DNA of 64,000 nucleotides from an uncultured archaeon. GTDB taxonomy: Archaea; Asgardarchaeota; Lokiarchaeia; Sigyniarchaeales; SOKP01. A program made the position numbers and the translations under genes. Within the stretch, counting starts at the first letter, position 1. Each line of letters starts with the position of its first letter. This document shows positions 28,316 through 39,279 of the stretch, in pieces. Where the stretch lies: NCBI GenBank assembly GCA_964486045.1, contig CAZALK010000012.1:32001-96000 (forward strand), written 5' to 3'. The notes beneath the pieces are model-generated. The model was not told the origin of the DNA, did not search any database, and worked only from the letters and a program-made list of their open reading frames with translations.

Positions 28316-29620
28316 ATGATGAAGAAAAGAATTTTTATTTTTGAGTTTGTTTCAGGTGGGGGTTTTAATAAAATAAAAATACCCATTTCACTTTTTTGCG
28401 AAGGTTATGGAATGTTAAGATCTATTATTATGGATTTTAAATCTCTTAATTTTGAGATTAGCACCATGTTAGACTATCGGATTCTCCAGCTTTCTAATTT
28501 TTTACATGCTGATGAATTAGGTATCGTACGGAAAATGGATAGCTTTCTAAGGAAATTCAAAACTAAGGTTAAGGAATGCAAATATGTCTTCATAATTGCT
28601 CCAGAATCTTCAAATCTGTTATATAAATTAACAAAAATAGTTAAAAAATCTAATTGTATTCTATTAAGTACCAATTTAGAAGGAATTAGATTAGGCATGT
28701 CAAAGTTCAACACATATTGCTTTTTTAAAGGCAATAAAACCACAGCACCAAGAACTTATTTAATACCTAGAAGAAAAAAACAATTAGATATAGATTTCAT
28801 ACTTCAAAAGTTTAAAATTTTGAAACAACCAATAGTTATTAAACCTGAGGATGGAGTAGGTGCTGAGTCAATCTATTACTTCGAGACTCAACATCAAATA
28901 AAGCATTTTTTTCAAGAATTTAGCTATAAAGTTGCATCTGGGAGAAATTTTATAATGCAGGAATTTATAGAGGGAAAAGATTTAAGTGTCTCAATGATTG
29001 GTACACCTTACTTTACAGATTCTCAAAATGAGAATCCCTTTCTATTAGGTATAAATGTTCAAGATGTCGACATTAAAAATTCAAATTATTCTTCTGAATA
29101 TCATGGTGGATACACTCCCATAGAGAATTATCAGAAAATACAGAATAATTTAAAGTCAGTGTTGGACAAAATTAATTTTTCAGAATTTTCGGGATATTTT
29201 GGAATTGATATAATTCGAACTACTGATTCAAAATTTTACTTTATTGAGATAAATCCTCGATTAACAACTTCATATATCGGTTTAAGAAATGTAATTAATC
29301 AAAATCCTGCCAAATTAATTTTTAATTCGAAATTAAATTGTTTGGAGTACTATGAAGTCAAACACGTATATCACTCTCTTTTTTCTAGGATAGAAATGGA
29401 TTTTAACGGGAAGATAAATAATGAAGAGATTAGTGAGGAATTAATAAAAAACTTAGTAGAGAAAAATCCAGAATTTGTTACTCCTCCTATTTCACTTAAT
29501 AGATCAAATCATTTTACGTGTTTTATCGCAACTAAATCAAGAAATTTATCTGAATCTAAAGAAAGAATGGTCGAAATAAAAAGGGCGTTAAAAAAACTTG
29601 GTTTTGAGAATATTAAATGA
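28316..29620 (+). CDS. ATP-grasp ligase (tyramine-glutamate ligase MfnD-like family)
   Basis: FEF..GGG, EGYGML, IIAPE, IKPEDGVG, QEFIEG, GYFGID, IEINPRLTTSY. Confidence 0.85.
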   Translation: MMKKRIFIFEFVSGGGFNKIKIPISLFCEGYGMLRSIIMDFKSLNFEISTMLDYRILQLSNFLHADELGIVRKMDSFLRKFKTKVKECKYVFIIAPESSNLLYKLTKIVKKSNCILLSTNLEGIRLGMSKFNTYCFFKGNKTTAPRTYLIPRRKKQLDIDFILQKFKILKQPIVIKPEDGVGAESIYYFETQHQIKHFFQEFSYKVASGRNFIMQEFIEGKDLSVSMIGTPYFTDSQNENPFLLGINVQDVDIKNSNYSSEYHGGYTPIENYQKIQNNLKSVLDKINFSEFSGYFGIDIIRTTDSKFYFIEINPRLTTSYIGLRNVINQNPAKLIFNSKLNCLEYYEVKHVYHSLFSRIEMDFNGKINNEEISEELIKNLVEKNPEFVTPPISLNRSNHFTCFIATKSRNLSESKERMVEIKRALKKLGFENIK

Positions 29621-30497
29621 ATGTAAGTAATATTAAGGTAAAACCACCATAATGTAGCAAGAGTGATATTATCAAACTATTCTCAATTTTTAATCCCTTC
29701 TTTACGCTCAAACTATAGGAAAGTAACCATAATGACCATACCTGGAAACTGATCATTAAAATTTGATCTATGAAATTCACAATGTTTATGCTGATGACTG
29801 CAGTATAATTAAAAATTGAATGAAGTACAAGATAAAAAATCATAGGAAATTGAATTAACGCAAAGGATGCAAGAAAATTTAAGGTATTTTCGGTCTTTTT
29901 GTAAAAAATACGAGATATCATTTCTATTATGACAAAAAAAGCAAAGAAGTTTAAAACAAAACTTGAATTTAATAGAATCTGAACTATTAAATCCAAATTC
30001 TCTGAATTAATTTCATTAAAAAATAAAAAAAAAGATGTAAAACCATTTAGAATACAAAAAATCGTACCAAGTACGATAATTCCAATTGATATGAAAATAG
30101 TATAGATCCTATCTTTCTTATTAAAAATTATGAACCTTTTTGAAGTTAATACCATCAGTTTATTTAAAAATAAAGATTTGAATTCCCTTTGAGGAGCTTT
30201 GATTGTTTCAATATTATCTTTTAAAGAATTATAAGCAAAAGTTCCCAATTCTTTTAAATAGTACTTTTTATCTTGTTTTTGCGCAATTAAATCTGACAAT
30301 GTATCTAAGTGATGATATATCGTCCCGGTACTTACTCCTAATTCGTTTTTAAGGTGAGTAAAGGAGGTAAATTTATTATCTCCAATAATCTTAATAATTT
30401 TTCTTCTGATTTCATGACTTAATGCATAATAGAAGCTTGATTCCAAATCTATATCTTTCTCTTTGAACTTCTGTTTTTTTTCCTTACTGATAATCAA
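29613..30497 (-). CDS. ArsR-type winged-helix regulator fused to a multi-TM (Yip1-like) domain
   Basis: ALSHEIRRKII...SFTHLKNELGVSTGTIYHHL, then about 5 TM helices. Confidence 0.8.
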   Translation of the reverse strand: MIISKEKKQKFKEKDIDLESSFYYALSHEIRRKIIKIIGDNKFTSFTHLKNELGVSTGTIYHHLDTLSDLIAQKQDKKYYLKELGTFAYNSLKDNIETIKAPQREFKSLFLNKLMVLTSKRFIIFNKKDRIYTIFISIGIIVLGTIFCILNGFTSFFLFFNEINSENLDLIVQILLNSSFVLNFFAFFVIIEMISRIFYKKTENTLNFLASFALIQFPMIFYLVLHSIFNYTAVISINIVNFIDQILMISFQVWSLWLLSYSLSVKKGLKIENSLIISLLLHYGGFTLILLTFI

Positions 30498-30929
30498 TTA
30501 ACCTCCTGAATCTTTTACAACTCTAGTTAATATATTTATAATATTAATGATAATCAGTAAAAAACCAAATATCCCTAAATAAATCCCAACGCCAGGATTA
30601 GTGAGAAATTCTAGCTCATGGGAAATGTAGTCTATAAAAAAGATTAGTTGAAACCCCAACCCTACTAAAGATAAGATGACAGTTTTGATCCTAAATTCAA
30701 CATTATATAATACTAACATATTTGCTATCAAACATACAATCCCGCTTATTAATGGAAATAGGAATAGAAAGGAATTTTCAATTTCGGCAAAGGTTGTAAT
30801 TATAAATAACTCAACTAAATTATAACTTGAGAACCATGGAAAAAATTCAGATAATATAAGGAGAATAGGACCAATTAATCCTAATAATAAAAAACTAACA
30901 TTAATTTTGTTTAGTTTCATAAAAATCAA
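30498..30929 (-). CDS. Hypothetical membrane protein
   Basis: Four hydrophobic segments; abuts the downstream regulator gene. Confidence 0.7.
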   Translation of the reverse strand: MIFMKLNKINVSFLLLGLIGPILLILSEFFPWFSSYNLVELFIITTFAEIENSFLFLFPLISGIVCLIANMLVLYNVEFRIKTVILSLVGLGFQLIFFIDYISHELEFLTNPGVGIYLGIFGFLLIIINIINILTRVVKDSGG

Positions 30930-31050
30930 TTTATTTTTAACGTTATTTTTAAAAAACTATAAAAATTCAAAAAGAATAATAGTTAAATAAATTTTGATAA
31001 ATATTAATTTTTCTTAGATTTTAAATAACAAACAATAAAATAAAATTGAT

Positions 31051-32406
31051 ATGGCTTCTCAAATTGATACAGAAATAGATACGGAATCACCATCTCTCTT
31101 TAATTATTTAAAACAAGAGATTCCTCTAGAAGATATTAAAGATTATGCTTCACCTAGACGTATTCAATCAATAGATTTTGTAAAAGGGTTCGCAATCGTT
31201 TTCATTATATTAGCTCATACCGCAATGAGTTGGTTAGATTCTGAATCTAAATATATATATGGAATTCTTTTTGCATTTCTGGATATTCTAGGTCCATCCT
31301 TATTTGTATTCCTTTCGGCGTTAAGTGTAATATTTAGTATTAAAAGGAAGGAAGGAATATTACCTCAAAAAATTATCCGGAATCGAATTTTTACTCGTGG
31401 GCTCGTAATGATTATTATAGGAATTCTAACTAATGTTGATGTAACAACAGGAAACATCTTTGGTTGGAATATTATTACATTCTTAGGGTTTTCACAAATT
31501 TTCTCATTTTATATTTTAAAGCTTAGTAAATCTAGAAGAATAATAATTGGAATGTTAATTATCATTTTATCCCCAGTTTTGAGAGGTTTACTTTTTGAAG
31601 GAAAAAAATTAGGAATTTTAGTATTAAGCTTTTTTCATTACTTAGTAACCTCCCCAACGCCTCATTTAACTCTTTTACCATGGATTTCGATAAGTTTCAT
31701 TTCTACAATATTTGGTGAATATATTTTTGAAGCTATGAACAAGGGAACGAAAGATGCATACGTGGGTTTATTCAGAATATTTTTCATTTGGGGTTTAGTT
31801 CTTATTTTGTCAGGGATTTTTCTTATTTTTCCAATCGGATTAAATCTTACTGATTGGCAACCTGGTTGGGCTTTACAAACTTTAGAAACCATGGAAATAT
31901 CTGAATATCCACATCTCGAATTATTATCAATTGCTCAGACCGGGATACCAATAATTCCTGGTATGCCAACCTTCTTGATAAGGGGAACAAGTGCTAATAT
32001 GCTTTATAATCAAGGTACTGCATTACTTATTATATCTATATTTTTCTATATTATTGACATTAAGAATAAATCTAATAATTTTTCAAATATGTTGATCTAT
32101 TACGGAAAAGTTTCACTAAGTTTATTCTTACTACACTTTGTTTTTATCCCGATATTTAATGCTCAATTTGGTATTATAATTTTCTTAATTTTCGGTCTTT
32201 CCTATATTGGTTATATGGGGCTGTTCATGTATCTCTGGATGGAGTTTGCCAAGGGAGTAGGTTCACCCGAATGGTTAATGGTGCAACTAGGACGAATAGG
32301 ACAAAAATCTGGGGAAACTGTTAAGAAGACAACTCAAAAAGTTTATAATAGGATTAAGAAGAAGGAGAAAGTTAAAAAGATGGAAGATTTTATGAGAAAA
32401 TTATAA
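31051..32406 (+). CDS. HGSNAT-like (DUF1624) transmembrane acyltransferase, paralogue 1
   Basis: RIQSIDFVKGFAIVFIILAH, PSLFVFLSALS, R.FTRG, YYGKVSL. Confidence 0.8.
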   Translation: MASQIDTEIDTESPSLFNYLKQEIPLEDIKDYASPRRIQSIDFVKGFAIVFIILAHTAMSWLDSESKYIYGILFAFLDILGPSLFVFLSALSVIFSIKRKEGILPQKIIRNRIFTRGLVMIIIGILTNVDVTTGNIFGWNIITFLGFSQIFSFYILKLSKSRRIIIGMLIIILSPVLRGLLFEGKKLGILVLSFFHYLVTSPTPHLTLLPWISISFISTIFGEYIFEAMNKGTKDAYVGLFRIFFIWGLVLILSGIFLIFPIGLNLTDWQPGWALQTLETMEISEYPHLELLSIAQTGIPIIPGMPTFLIRGTSANMLYNQGTALLIISIFFYIIDIKNKSNNFSNMLIYYGKVSLSLFLLHFVFIPIFNAQFGIIIFLIFGLSYIGYMGLFMYLWMEFAKGVGSPEWLMVQLGRIGQKSGETVKKTTQKVYNRIKKKEKVKKMEDFMRKL

Positions 32407-32487
32407 TGAGACACATCTTTTTTAATTTTTAACATAAATTAAACAAATGGTCCAAACAATTTCTCGATAGAGAACTTTTGATTATCA

Positions 32488-33771
32488 ATGAACAAAACTA
32501 AAATATTTTTTCTTGGAGCTATCGCCATAAATGGAGTTTATCTGCTAATAACCTTTATTTTTTTCTATTTTTTGGATAGTTTCCTGATGAATATTGATAA
32601 TAACGACTTTCTATCGTTTTTTAATGCAGGTAAATTTGTTATTGAAGATTTACCTAATTTGTATAATTCGGATCTCTATCTTTTTCCGTTTAGATATCTA
32701 CCCCTTTCAGCCTATTTTTTTACACCCTTTTACCTACTCGGGTTAGAATTAGGTTATTTTGTATTTCAAATATTTAATTTTATCCTAAACATCCTCATTG
32801 TTTATCTGATCTATAAAATAATTCAACTGTATAAGAATTTAAATAGACCCTCGACTCCTTTCTATGATTTGGAGAATATTAAAAACGTTTTCTCTAAACC
32901 GGAAAATAAATCTATATTGCACCAGAGTGTTATTTTTTTAGTTATGGTACCTCAATTTATGAACTATTTCTTAGGACAGATTAATGTAATAGTAACAGTA
33001 TTCATCATTTCTTCGCTTTATTGTTTTTTGAAAGGTGGTAACAAAAATGATTTATTAGGTGGATTTCTAATAGGAGTGGGGATTCTCTTAAAACCAACAT
33101 TAATTCTTATTCTACCGTTTCTCCTTTATTTAAACTATAGTAAAGAAACTAAGAAATTTTCTTTCAAATTTAAAAAAACAGTGATTAGATTGATAGGATC
33201 TATAATTTTAGTAGGAATTTCAGTATTATACTTCTTAATTTTTCCACAAATGTTAGAAGATTTTATTGACGTCAATCTCGCAGGAGAATATACCTATACC
33301 ATTGAGGGTAGTTTGGAAATTAATCCGTCATTTAGTTTAACCAGAATAATTTTAATTCTTTTGAGCATTATTAACATTGATGTTAACGGATTTCTGATTT
33401 TTATAATAATTACCTTACTAATTTTGATCCCCATGTATTTTATCTCCTATAAAAACTCGATACAACCTATTACATTAATTGATGGGTATTTAGTAGGAAT
33501 ATTGGTAATGTTAATTGTCTACTTTGATACATGGCCTCATCATCTTGTAGTATTGGCGCCATTCCTAATTTTCTTCATTCTAATTCATAGAGACTTTGAG
33601 TTTAATAAGTTGTTAAAATATTGCCATTATTTCCTTGCGACGCTAACAGTGTTATTTTGGGGAATCTTTTATTTAACTTATGAAATATTTCCATTTAATG
33701 TTGGTGGATTAATATTGTTAATGCTTACATACTTTCTAATAGCAATTTTTTATAATAAAAACCTAAGGTAA
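32488..33771 (+). CDS. GT87/DUF2029-like polytopic glycosyltransferase (GT-C fold)
   Basis: DF..F.NAG, LY....FRYLP, GQIN, LLKP, WPHH motifs. Confidence 0.85.
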   Translation: MNKTKIFFLGAIAINGVYLLITFIFFYFLDSFLMNIDNNDFLSFFNAGKFVIEDLPNLYNSDLYLFPFRYLPLSAYFFTPFYLLGLELGYFVFQIFNFILNILIVYLIYKIIQLYKNLNRPSTPFYDLENIKNVFSKPENKSILHQSVIFLVMVPQFMNYFLGQINVIVTVFIISSLYCFLKGGNKNDLLGGFLIGVGILLKPTLILILPFLLYLNYSKETKKFSFKFKKTVIRLIGSIILVGISVLYFLIFPQMLEDFIDVNLAGEYTYTIEGSLEINPSFSLTRIILILLSIINIDVNGFLIFIIITLLILIPMYFISYKNSIQPITLIDGYLVGILVMLIVYFDTWPHHLVVLAPFLIFFILIHRDFEFNKLLKYCHYFLATLTVLFWGIFYLTYEIFPFNVGGLILLMLTYFLIAIFYNKNLR

Positions 33772-33849
33772 ATCTAAAATATTACAATGGGAAGATTTTT
33801 TATATTTTAAAGCTTCAAATAAATAATATGTGCCAGAGTCAGATCAAAT

Positions 33850-35112
33850 ATGTCAACTATGAACGAGAGATATACAAATAATGAAGAGGAAGTAACTTCT
33901 ACCCGAAGAATTGCTTCAATAGATTTCGTAAAAGGACTTGCTTTAGGTTTTATAATTTTTGCTCATGCAGCCTTAAGTTGGTTTGATAGTGATTGGGTAT
34001 TTATATATGGATTTGCTTTTGCTTTATTAGATATACTAGGCCCTTCATTATTCGTTTTTCTTTCTGCTCTTAGTGTAATTTTTAGTATTAAAAGAAAAAA
34101 AATTGCATCATCAAATAAAGCGATACGTAACCGAATTTTTACTAGAGGTTTTGTTATTATTGTAATCGGTGTACTTTTTAATCCAATGTCATTGTTGACA
34201 GCTGGTGAATCTGTACCGTTCCCTGCAAATTTATGGGGTTGGAATATCCTCATGTTTATTGGATTTTCTCAAATTTTTTCATATTATGCATTAAAATTTA
34301 GTAAAATTACGCGTGCAATCGCTGGTTTCATTATAATTTTTATTTCACCTTGGATCAGACAAATTCTCTTTCAATTCAAAAATTCAAATTTCGGAGTGAA
34401 TATCCTACACTTTATTATTACATCACCCCTCCCACAAGTACCATTTCTCCCTTGGATAGCAGTGTGCTTTATATCTACAATATTTGGGGAATACCTTTTT
34501 GAAACAATGCAGAAAGGAACAAAAGAGGCTTATTACAGATTACTTCGGATGTTTGTAACTTATGGTGTTGCTTTAGTGCTAATTGGGCTTTTTATGTGGA
34601 TTCCAAGAATGGGATTAGCTTTAGATCAATGGGAACCTGGATGGGCAATATTAAATCCTACACCAGGGGGAACAATTGAGTATTCCGAGTATTTACATAT
34701 CGATCTTCTACGACTTGCTAATAATAACGTACTAAATTTACCATGGCCAGGAATGCCACTATTCATGATAAGGAGCTCCGCACATAATATGTTTTATAAT
34801 CTCGGTGCCGCTCTTTTAATAATTGCAATAAGTTTTTATTATATTGATATTAAAGAGAGAAAAAATATGTTTATAAAAATGCTAATTTTCTACGGGAAAG
34901 TCTCCTTAAGTCTATTCCTTATTCAATTTTTATTTCTTCCCCTTTTCGGCAGTCAGTTTCCAATTACTTTCGGACCTTTCGTTTTTGCCGCTTATTCTGG
35001 ATTTCTAGGACTATTACTATATATATGGTTGAAATTCTTTAAGGGTGTTGGAACGCCGGAATGGATTATGGGTAAACTCGGAAGTGGAGGGAAAAAGAAG
35101 AATGACATTTGA
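33850..35112 (+). CDS. HGSNAT-like (DUF1624) transmembrane acyltransferase, paralogue 2
   Basis: RIASIDFVKGLALGFIIFAH; shares LDILGPSLFVFLSALSVIFSIKRK with paralogue 1. Confidence 0.8.
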   Translation: MSTMNERYTNNEEEVTSTRRIASIDFVKGLALGFIIFAHAALSWFDSDWVFIYGFAFALLDILGPSLFVFLSALSVIFSIKRKKIASSNKAIRNRIFTRGFVIIVIGVLFNPMSLLTAGESVPFPANLWGWNILMFIGFSQIFSYYALKFSKITRAIAGFIIIFISPWIRQILFQFKNSNFGVNILHFIITSPLPQVPFLPWIAVCFISTIFGEYLFETMQKGTKEAYYRLLRMFVTYGVALVLIGLFMWIPRMGLALDQWEPGWAILNPTPGGTIEYSEYLHIDLLRLANNNVLNLPWPGMPLFMIRSSAHNMFYNLGAALLIIAISFYYIDIKERKNMFIKMLIFYGKVSLSLFLIQFLFLPLFGSQFPITFGPFVFAAYSGFLGLLLYIWLKFFKGVGTPEWIMGKLGSGGKKKNDI

Positions 35113-35310
35113 AAAAGATTTCACTAATTGGAATAAAAAAAATAGAAAAGCTTTATTATAAAGATATAAATATCTTAAAAAGATAATTAAGATTATAATT
35201 AAAGAATTAAATGATATTTAAATTCATTTTACCTTAATGAAATGAAGTATAAATAAAACTAAACTATTAAAAAATTACACCAATTATTTAAAATATCAAG
35301 GAGAATAAAG

Positions 35311-35835
35311 ATGTCAGGGATTGGACAATACAAATTCAAGATAACACTTTTTGGGCCTGGGGGTGTAGGGAAAACAAGTCTATTATTGCGTTATATTAAA
35401 GATTATTTTCGAGAAAGTTTAAAAAAAACAATTGGTAGTACATTTTTAATTAAAGATGTTGATATTGATGGAAAAGGCGTACGCCTTCTACTTTGGGATA
35501 TAGGAGGGCAACCACAGTTTCATAAACTCCGCACTATCTATTTTAAAGGTAGTAATGGCGCGCTTGGGGTGTTTGATGTATCCTCTAGCCAAACTCTATT
35601 AAAAATTCCTGGTTGGATAAGCTCAATTAAGAAAACTGTAAAAAGAACTATACCTATGCTACTTTTAGGTAATAAAGTTGATTTAGAAAGAGAAGTTGAT
35701 AAAATAGAGGCAGAAGATTTAGCTAAGAGATTAGGTTGTGAATACCTTGAGACTTCTGCTAAAACAGGGGTAAATGTAGAAAAGGCATTTGAAATTGTTG
35801 CTAGAGCTTGCCTTCAAGATTCAGGGGAATTATAA
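35311..35835 (+). CDS. Rab/Ras-like small GTPase
   Basis: G1 GPGGVGKTS, G2 TIG, G3 WDIGGQ, G4 NKVD, G5 ETSAK. Confidence 0.95.
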   Translation: MSGIGQYKFKITLFGPGGVGKTSLLLRYIKDYFRESLKKTIGSTFLIKDVDIDGKGVRLLLWDIGGQPQFHKLRTIYFKGSNGALGVFDVSSSQTLLKIPGWISSIKKTVKRTIPMLLLGNKVDLEREVDKIEAEDLAKRLGCEYLETSAKTGVNVEKAFEIVARACLQDSGEL

Positions 35836-35838
35836 ATA

Positions 35839-36477
35839 TCAAAAAAAATTATCAACATCGAAAATGTGTAATTTTTTAAGTTCCTCAATCAGTTCTTCCT
35901 TATTTATGAATTTTATACCTATTATGCCCAATTCTATAGCTGAACGGATATTTTTTAAGCTATCATCAATAAATACAATCTCTTCAGGAAGGCACCCCAC
36001 CTTTTGGATAACGTATTGAAATATCTTTTTCGTGGGTTTAGTCATATGGATTTCATGAGATAGGATAATTTCATCGAAGTAATCAAAAAAGTCCCACTTT
36101 TTATTTAAAAGATATTTCCAATGACTAGAGTTTATATTTGACAAACAAACAAGTTTTAAATTGTTATTATCTTTTATCTCCTTTATTAATTCAATGATTT
36201 CAGGATTATATCCTGAAATTATGCTATTAAAAGCAGAAAAGAAGTTTTTTTGATTGAGCTCGCAAACTTGAAGTGTAGTAAATGCCAATTGATAAAATTC
36301 CTTATCGCTCATTAGCCCTTGGTGATAAATATCTGATTGGCGAAAAAATTCAAGAATAATTGGAGTTTGAGGTTTGTTTAACGGAGATTGAGTAATAATA
36401 CTACCAAAAAAATTAGAAAAATCAAGATTTACGATAACTCCACCTAAATCAAAAATAATACATTTAATTTTAATCAT
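35839..36477 (-). CDS. HAD-superfamily phosphatase
   Basis: FDLGGV, LSN, KP, FIDD. Confidence 0.9.
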   Translation of the reverse strand: MIKIKCIIFDLGGVIVNLDFSNFFGSIITQSPLNKPQTPIILEFFRQSDIYHQGLMSDKEFYQLAFTTLQVCELNQKNFFSAFNSIISGYNPEIIELIKEIKDNNNLKLVCLSNINSSHWKYLLNKKWDFFDYFDEIILSHEIHMTKPTKKIFQYVIQKVGCLPEEIVFIDDSLKNIRSAIELGIIGIKFINKEELIEELKKLHIFDVDNFF

Positions 36478-38534
36478 TTTCTGAAATAAACCTTTGTAGA
36501 GAATTTCCTAAACGGTTTAGGGAGTTTATATTTAGGAAAATTTCGTGTATCATCTTCAAGCATTTCTAATAATTTATCTAGGTTGACATCATTTGTTTGT
36601 TTGGATGTTTGCTTTTTTGGGCCAATAGGCTCATCAATCAACCTTTTTCTTATTGATATTGTTTGGCTATCTTGTTCTTTCTTACCAAGTATAACTGTAT
36701 AAGGTATCCATTCAATTTCAGATTGTCTTATTTTTTTACCAACGGTTTCTTCTCGGTCATCCCAGTCACATCTATACGATTGCCCATTTATTATATTAAG
36801 AATTCTTGTGGCATAATCACTTTGTTCGTTCGAAACTGTAATAATCCTTACTTGAATAGGAGATAGCCATGTTTTAAACCCAGGTACTAAAGTTTCTTTA
36901 TTTCGGATGGCTGATTCGATTAAGCCCCATAAAACCCTTTCCAACCCTCCTGTAGGAGAATTGTGGAGAATAATTGGATTTTTTATCTGACCGTCGGAAT
37001 CAGTGAAGGATATGTTATACTTTTGTCTTTTTTCTCCATCTGTATCAATCATAAATTCTAATGAACTTTCAACATCAATTTGATTTGTAGCTAATGTAGC
37101 ACTTTTATTCTCAGCAGATAGCACACTCCTTTCAAATTTTAAAATATAATAAGCATATCTTTCTTCCCATAATTCTAATAAGGCTGGCTCTTTCTCAGTT
37201 TTAATTAAATCTATAATCCAGTCTTTATTTTCTTTATAAAAATCTTTGGTAACTCTAAAAATAACATAACTCTTTATTCCCAAATCATTTTCTAAATTTT
37301 TAATCAAGCTATATTGCTTTTTAAACTCTTCAATCGAAGATCCGATATCTTTGCAGAGTGTGTGCATATCGGGCATTATAAATCCCCGCAATCTTCTTAT
37401 GCCTGAGAGCTCTCCCTCTTGTTCACGCCTGAAATCATATTGTTCAAACTCATATACTCTTAGAGGGAAATATTGGGGTTTTAAATTCATTTGAGAGAAT
37501 AGGTCAAATAAAAGGAAATCACTGGCATACCTTAAAATAAACCTATCCTTTCCAGATTCAAGCCAATAACTTCTTGCTGGAAATCGAGCTGTTTGAGCAG
37601 TTAATTTTTTATTTTTAACACTATACATTATTGGGGTATCAATGAGGATTGCCCCATACTCTATTATTCTATCCTCCACAAAATTTTTAATTAGATTTTT
37701 CATGATTACTCCTTTTGTATACCAGCGAAGATTGCCTTTATCACTGTTTTCGTCAAAATCGAGAAGCTCAAACTCTTTCATTACCTTTATGTGAGCAGGC
37801 TCAACTGCTTTATCTACCACCCTAGAACCTAATTCGGATTTTAGAAATAGATTAAAATCTTCATCCTTAATTTCTTTGATGGGTAAAAATTTCTTTAGTT
37901 CATCAAAAATTAAATCAATCTCTTGCCCTGATTGAGTAATCACCTTAAATTTTGAGCTTTTAACTTGTTCTTCAGGTTTAATAGCCAGTTTGATGTCTCT
38001 ATACATCTCAGCTAATTCATGACCTAAACAATTTATTTTGAATGATTTATACCAACCAAAGGGTGAAAATTTTGCTTCAATTCCTTTATCTTGTAAAAAA
38101 CTTGCTATTTTAGGACAGACATCCATTGCATTAACATCCTTACTTAAAAACTTACTTAAGTGAGCCCATGGATAAACTAAGACCTTATCTACTCGGTACA
38201 TACTTTGATCCATGATTAGTTCTATTATTTTTCTTGGCTTTCCCTTTATTACACCGTTCTCAACCTTTTTGTTATAATCTCTAATAAACTCATTCTTCTC
38301 CCTAATAGTATCTGGAAATCCCGAGATTTGTAATATTGCTGTCTCAATTTCCTCAGCCCCCTGTTTTGCAATTAAATTTACATCATAAGTATCTTGATCT
38401 TCAACGGATACATAACAAACCAAGATTAAACCCTGCATTTTTATAAATTTTTCAGAAAACTCTTGAGGATTGGAAGTAGCTTCTTTATTTTTGATAACTT
38501 CGGCATCTTGGGAGTGTATTAACAAGATTTTCAT
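36474..38534 (-). CDS. thrS: Threonine-tRNA ligase (archaeal editing domain)
   Basis: MKILLIHS, YPWAHLS, PFGWYK.F...C.GH, FRREQ.GEL, MPDMH, HNSPTG..ER. Confidence 0.96.
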   Translation of the reverse strand: MKILLIHSQDAEVIKNKEATSNPQEFSEKFIKMQGLILVCYVSVEDQDTYDVNLIAKQGAEEIETAILQISGFPDTIREKNEFIRDYNKKVENGVIKGKPRKIIELIMDQSMYRVDKVLVYPWAHLSKFLSKDVNAMDVCPKIASFLQDKGIEAKFSPFGWYKSFKINCLGHELAEMYRDIKLAIKPEEQVKSSKFKVITQSGQEIDLIFDELKKFLPIKEIKDEDFNLFLKSELGSRVVDKAVEPAHIKVMKEFELLDFDENSDKGNLRWYTKGVIMKNLIKNFVEDRIIEYGAILIDTPIMYSVKNKKLTAQTARFPARSYWLESGKDRFILRYASDFLLFDLFSQMNLKPQYFPLRVYEFEQYDFRREQEGELSGIRRLRGFIMPDMHTLCKDIGSSIEEFKKQYSLIKNLENDLGIKSYVIFRVTKDFYKENKDWIIDLIKTEKEPALLELWEERYAYYILKFERSVLSAENKSATLATNQIDVESSLEFMIDTDGEKRQKYNISFTDSDGQIKNPIILHNSPTGGLERVLWGLIESAIRNKETLVPGFKTWLSPIQVRIITVSNEQSDYATRILNIINGQSYRCDWDDREETVGKKIRQSEIEWIPYTVILGKKEQDSQTISIRKRLIDEPIGPKKQTSKQTNDVNLDKLLEMLEDDTRNFPKYKLPKPFRKFSTKVYFRK

Positions 38535-38658
38535 ATGAAATCACTTTTTTTGTTTGTTTAATAGTAGTTTTTAATAAATTCTAAATATTTTCCTTCCTTC
38601 TGATATATATTATATACAAAGTTCAAATTAATTGTTACTAAAATTATTCCCGATTATC

Positions 38659-39279
38659 ATGAACCTCAAAAAAGCTTTTGCAGAAATATCTAATTTATTT
38701 GACTCTCTTTATAATAATAGAGAAAAAATTTTACGATTATCTCGTAATATCGTTCGAAATTGTAGTATAGGTATTAAACATATTCATCGGAAAGAATTCA
38801 GTATGTTTCAAGAGAAAAGAAATAGTATTAAACTAGATCTTGAGACTTTAGGAAACCTTGTCAATGTGAATCCTGGTGTGTTTTCAAAATACCTAAAAAC
38901 ACCAGAACAAGAATATACAGAATTAACTGTGTTTTACGCAATTATTAACAGTAAGGAAATCCCCCTACCATCAGATTTGAAAATTAGCCCTATTAATTTT
39001 GCTTTGGGATTAGCAGATGTCATAGGAGAATTAAGAAGATATGCATTAGATAATATTAGAAACTCTCAAACAAATGATTTGAACAAAATTTTAGAAAGTA
39101 TGGACGAAATTTATACTTATTTATTTTCTGTTGATTATCCTGTGGGAGTGACTCAAGATTTAAGACGAAAGGTTGATGTGGCAAGAAATATTATTGAAAA
39201 AACTAGGGGAGATGTCTCTCTTGCCATTCAAATGAATGAGTTAAAGCAATGTTTTGAAAATGAGGAGAAACAGAAGTGA
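38659..39279 (+). CDS. Translin-family protein
   Basis: REKILRLSR, EQEYTE, LGLADVIGELRR, LRRKVDVAR..IEKT. Confidence 0.9.
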   Translation: MNLKKAFAEISNLFDSLYNNREKILRLSRNIVRNCSIGIKHIHRKEFSMFQEKRNSIKLDLETLGNLVNVNPGVFSKYLKTPEQEYTELTVFYAIINSKEIPLPSDLKISPINFALGLADVIGELRRYALDNIRNSQTNDLNKILESMDEIYTYLFSVDYPVGVTQDLRRKVDVARNIIEKTRGDVSLAIQMNELKQCFENEEKQK

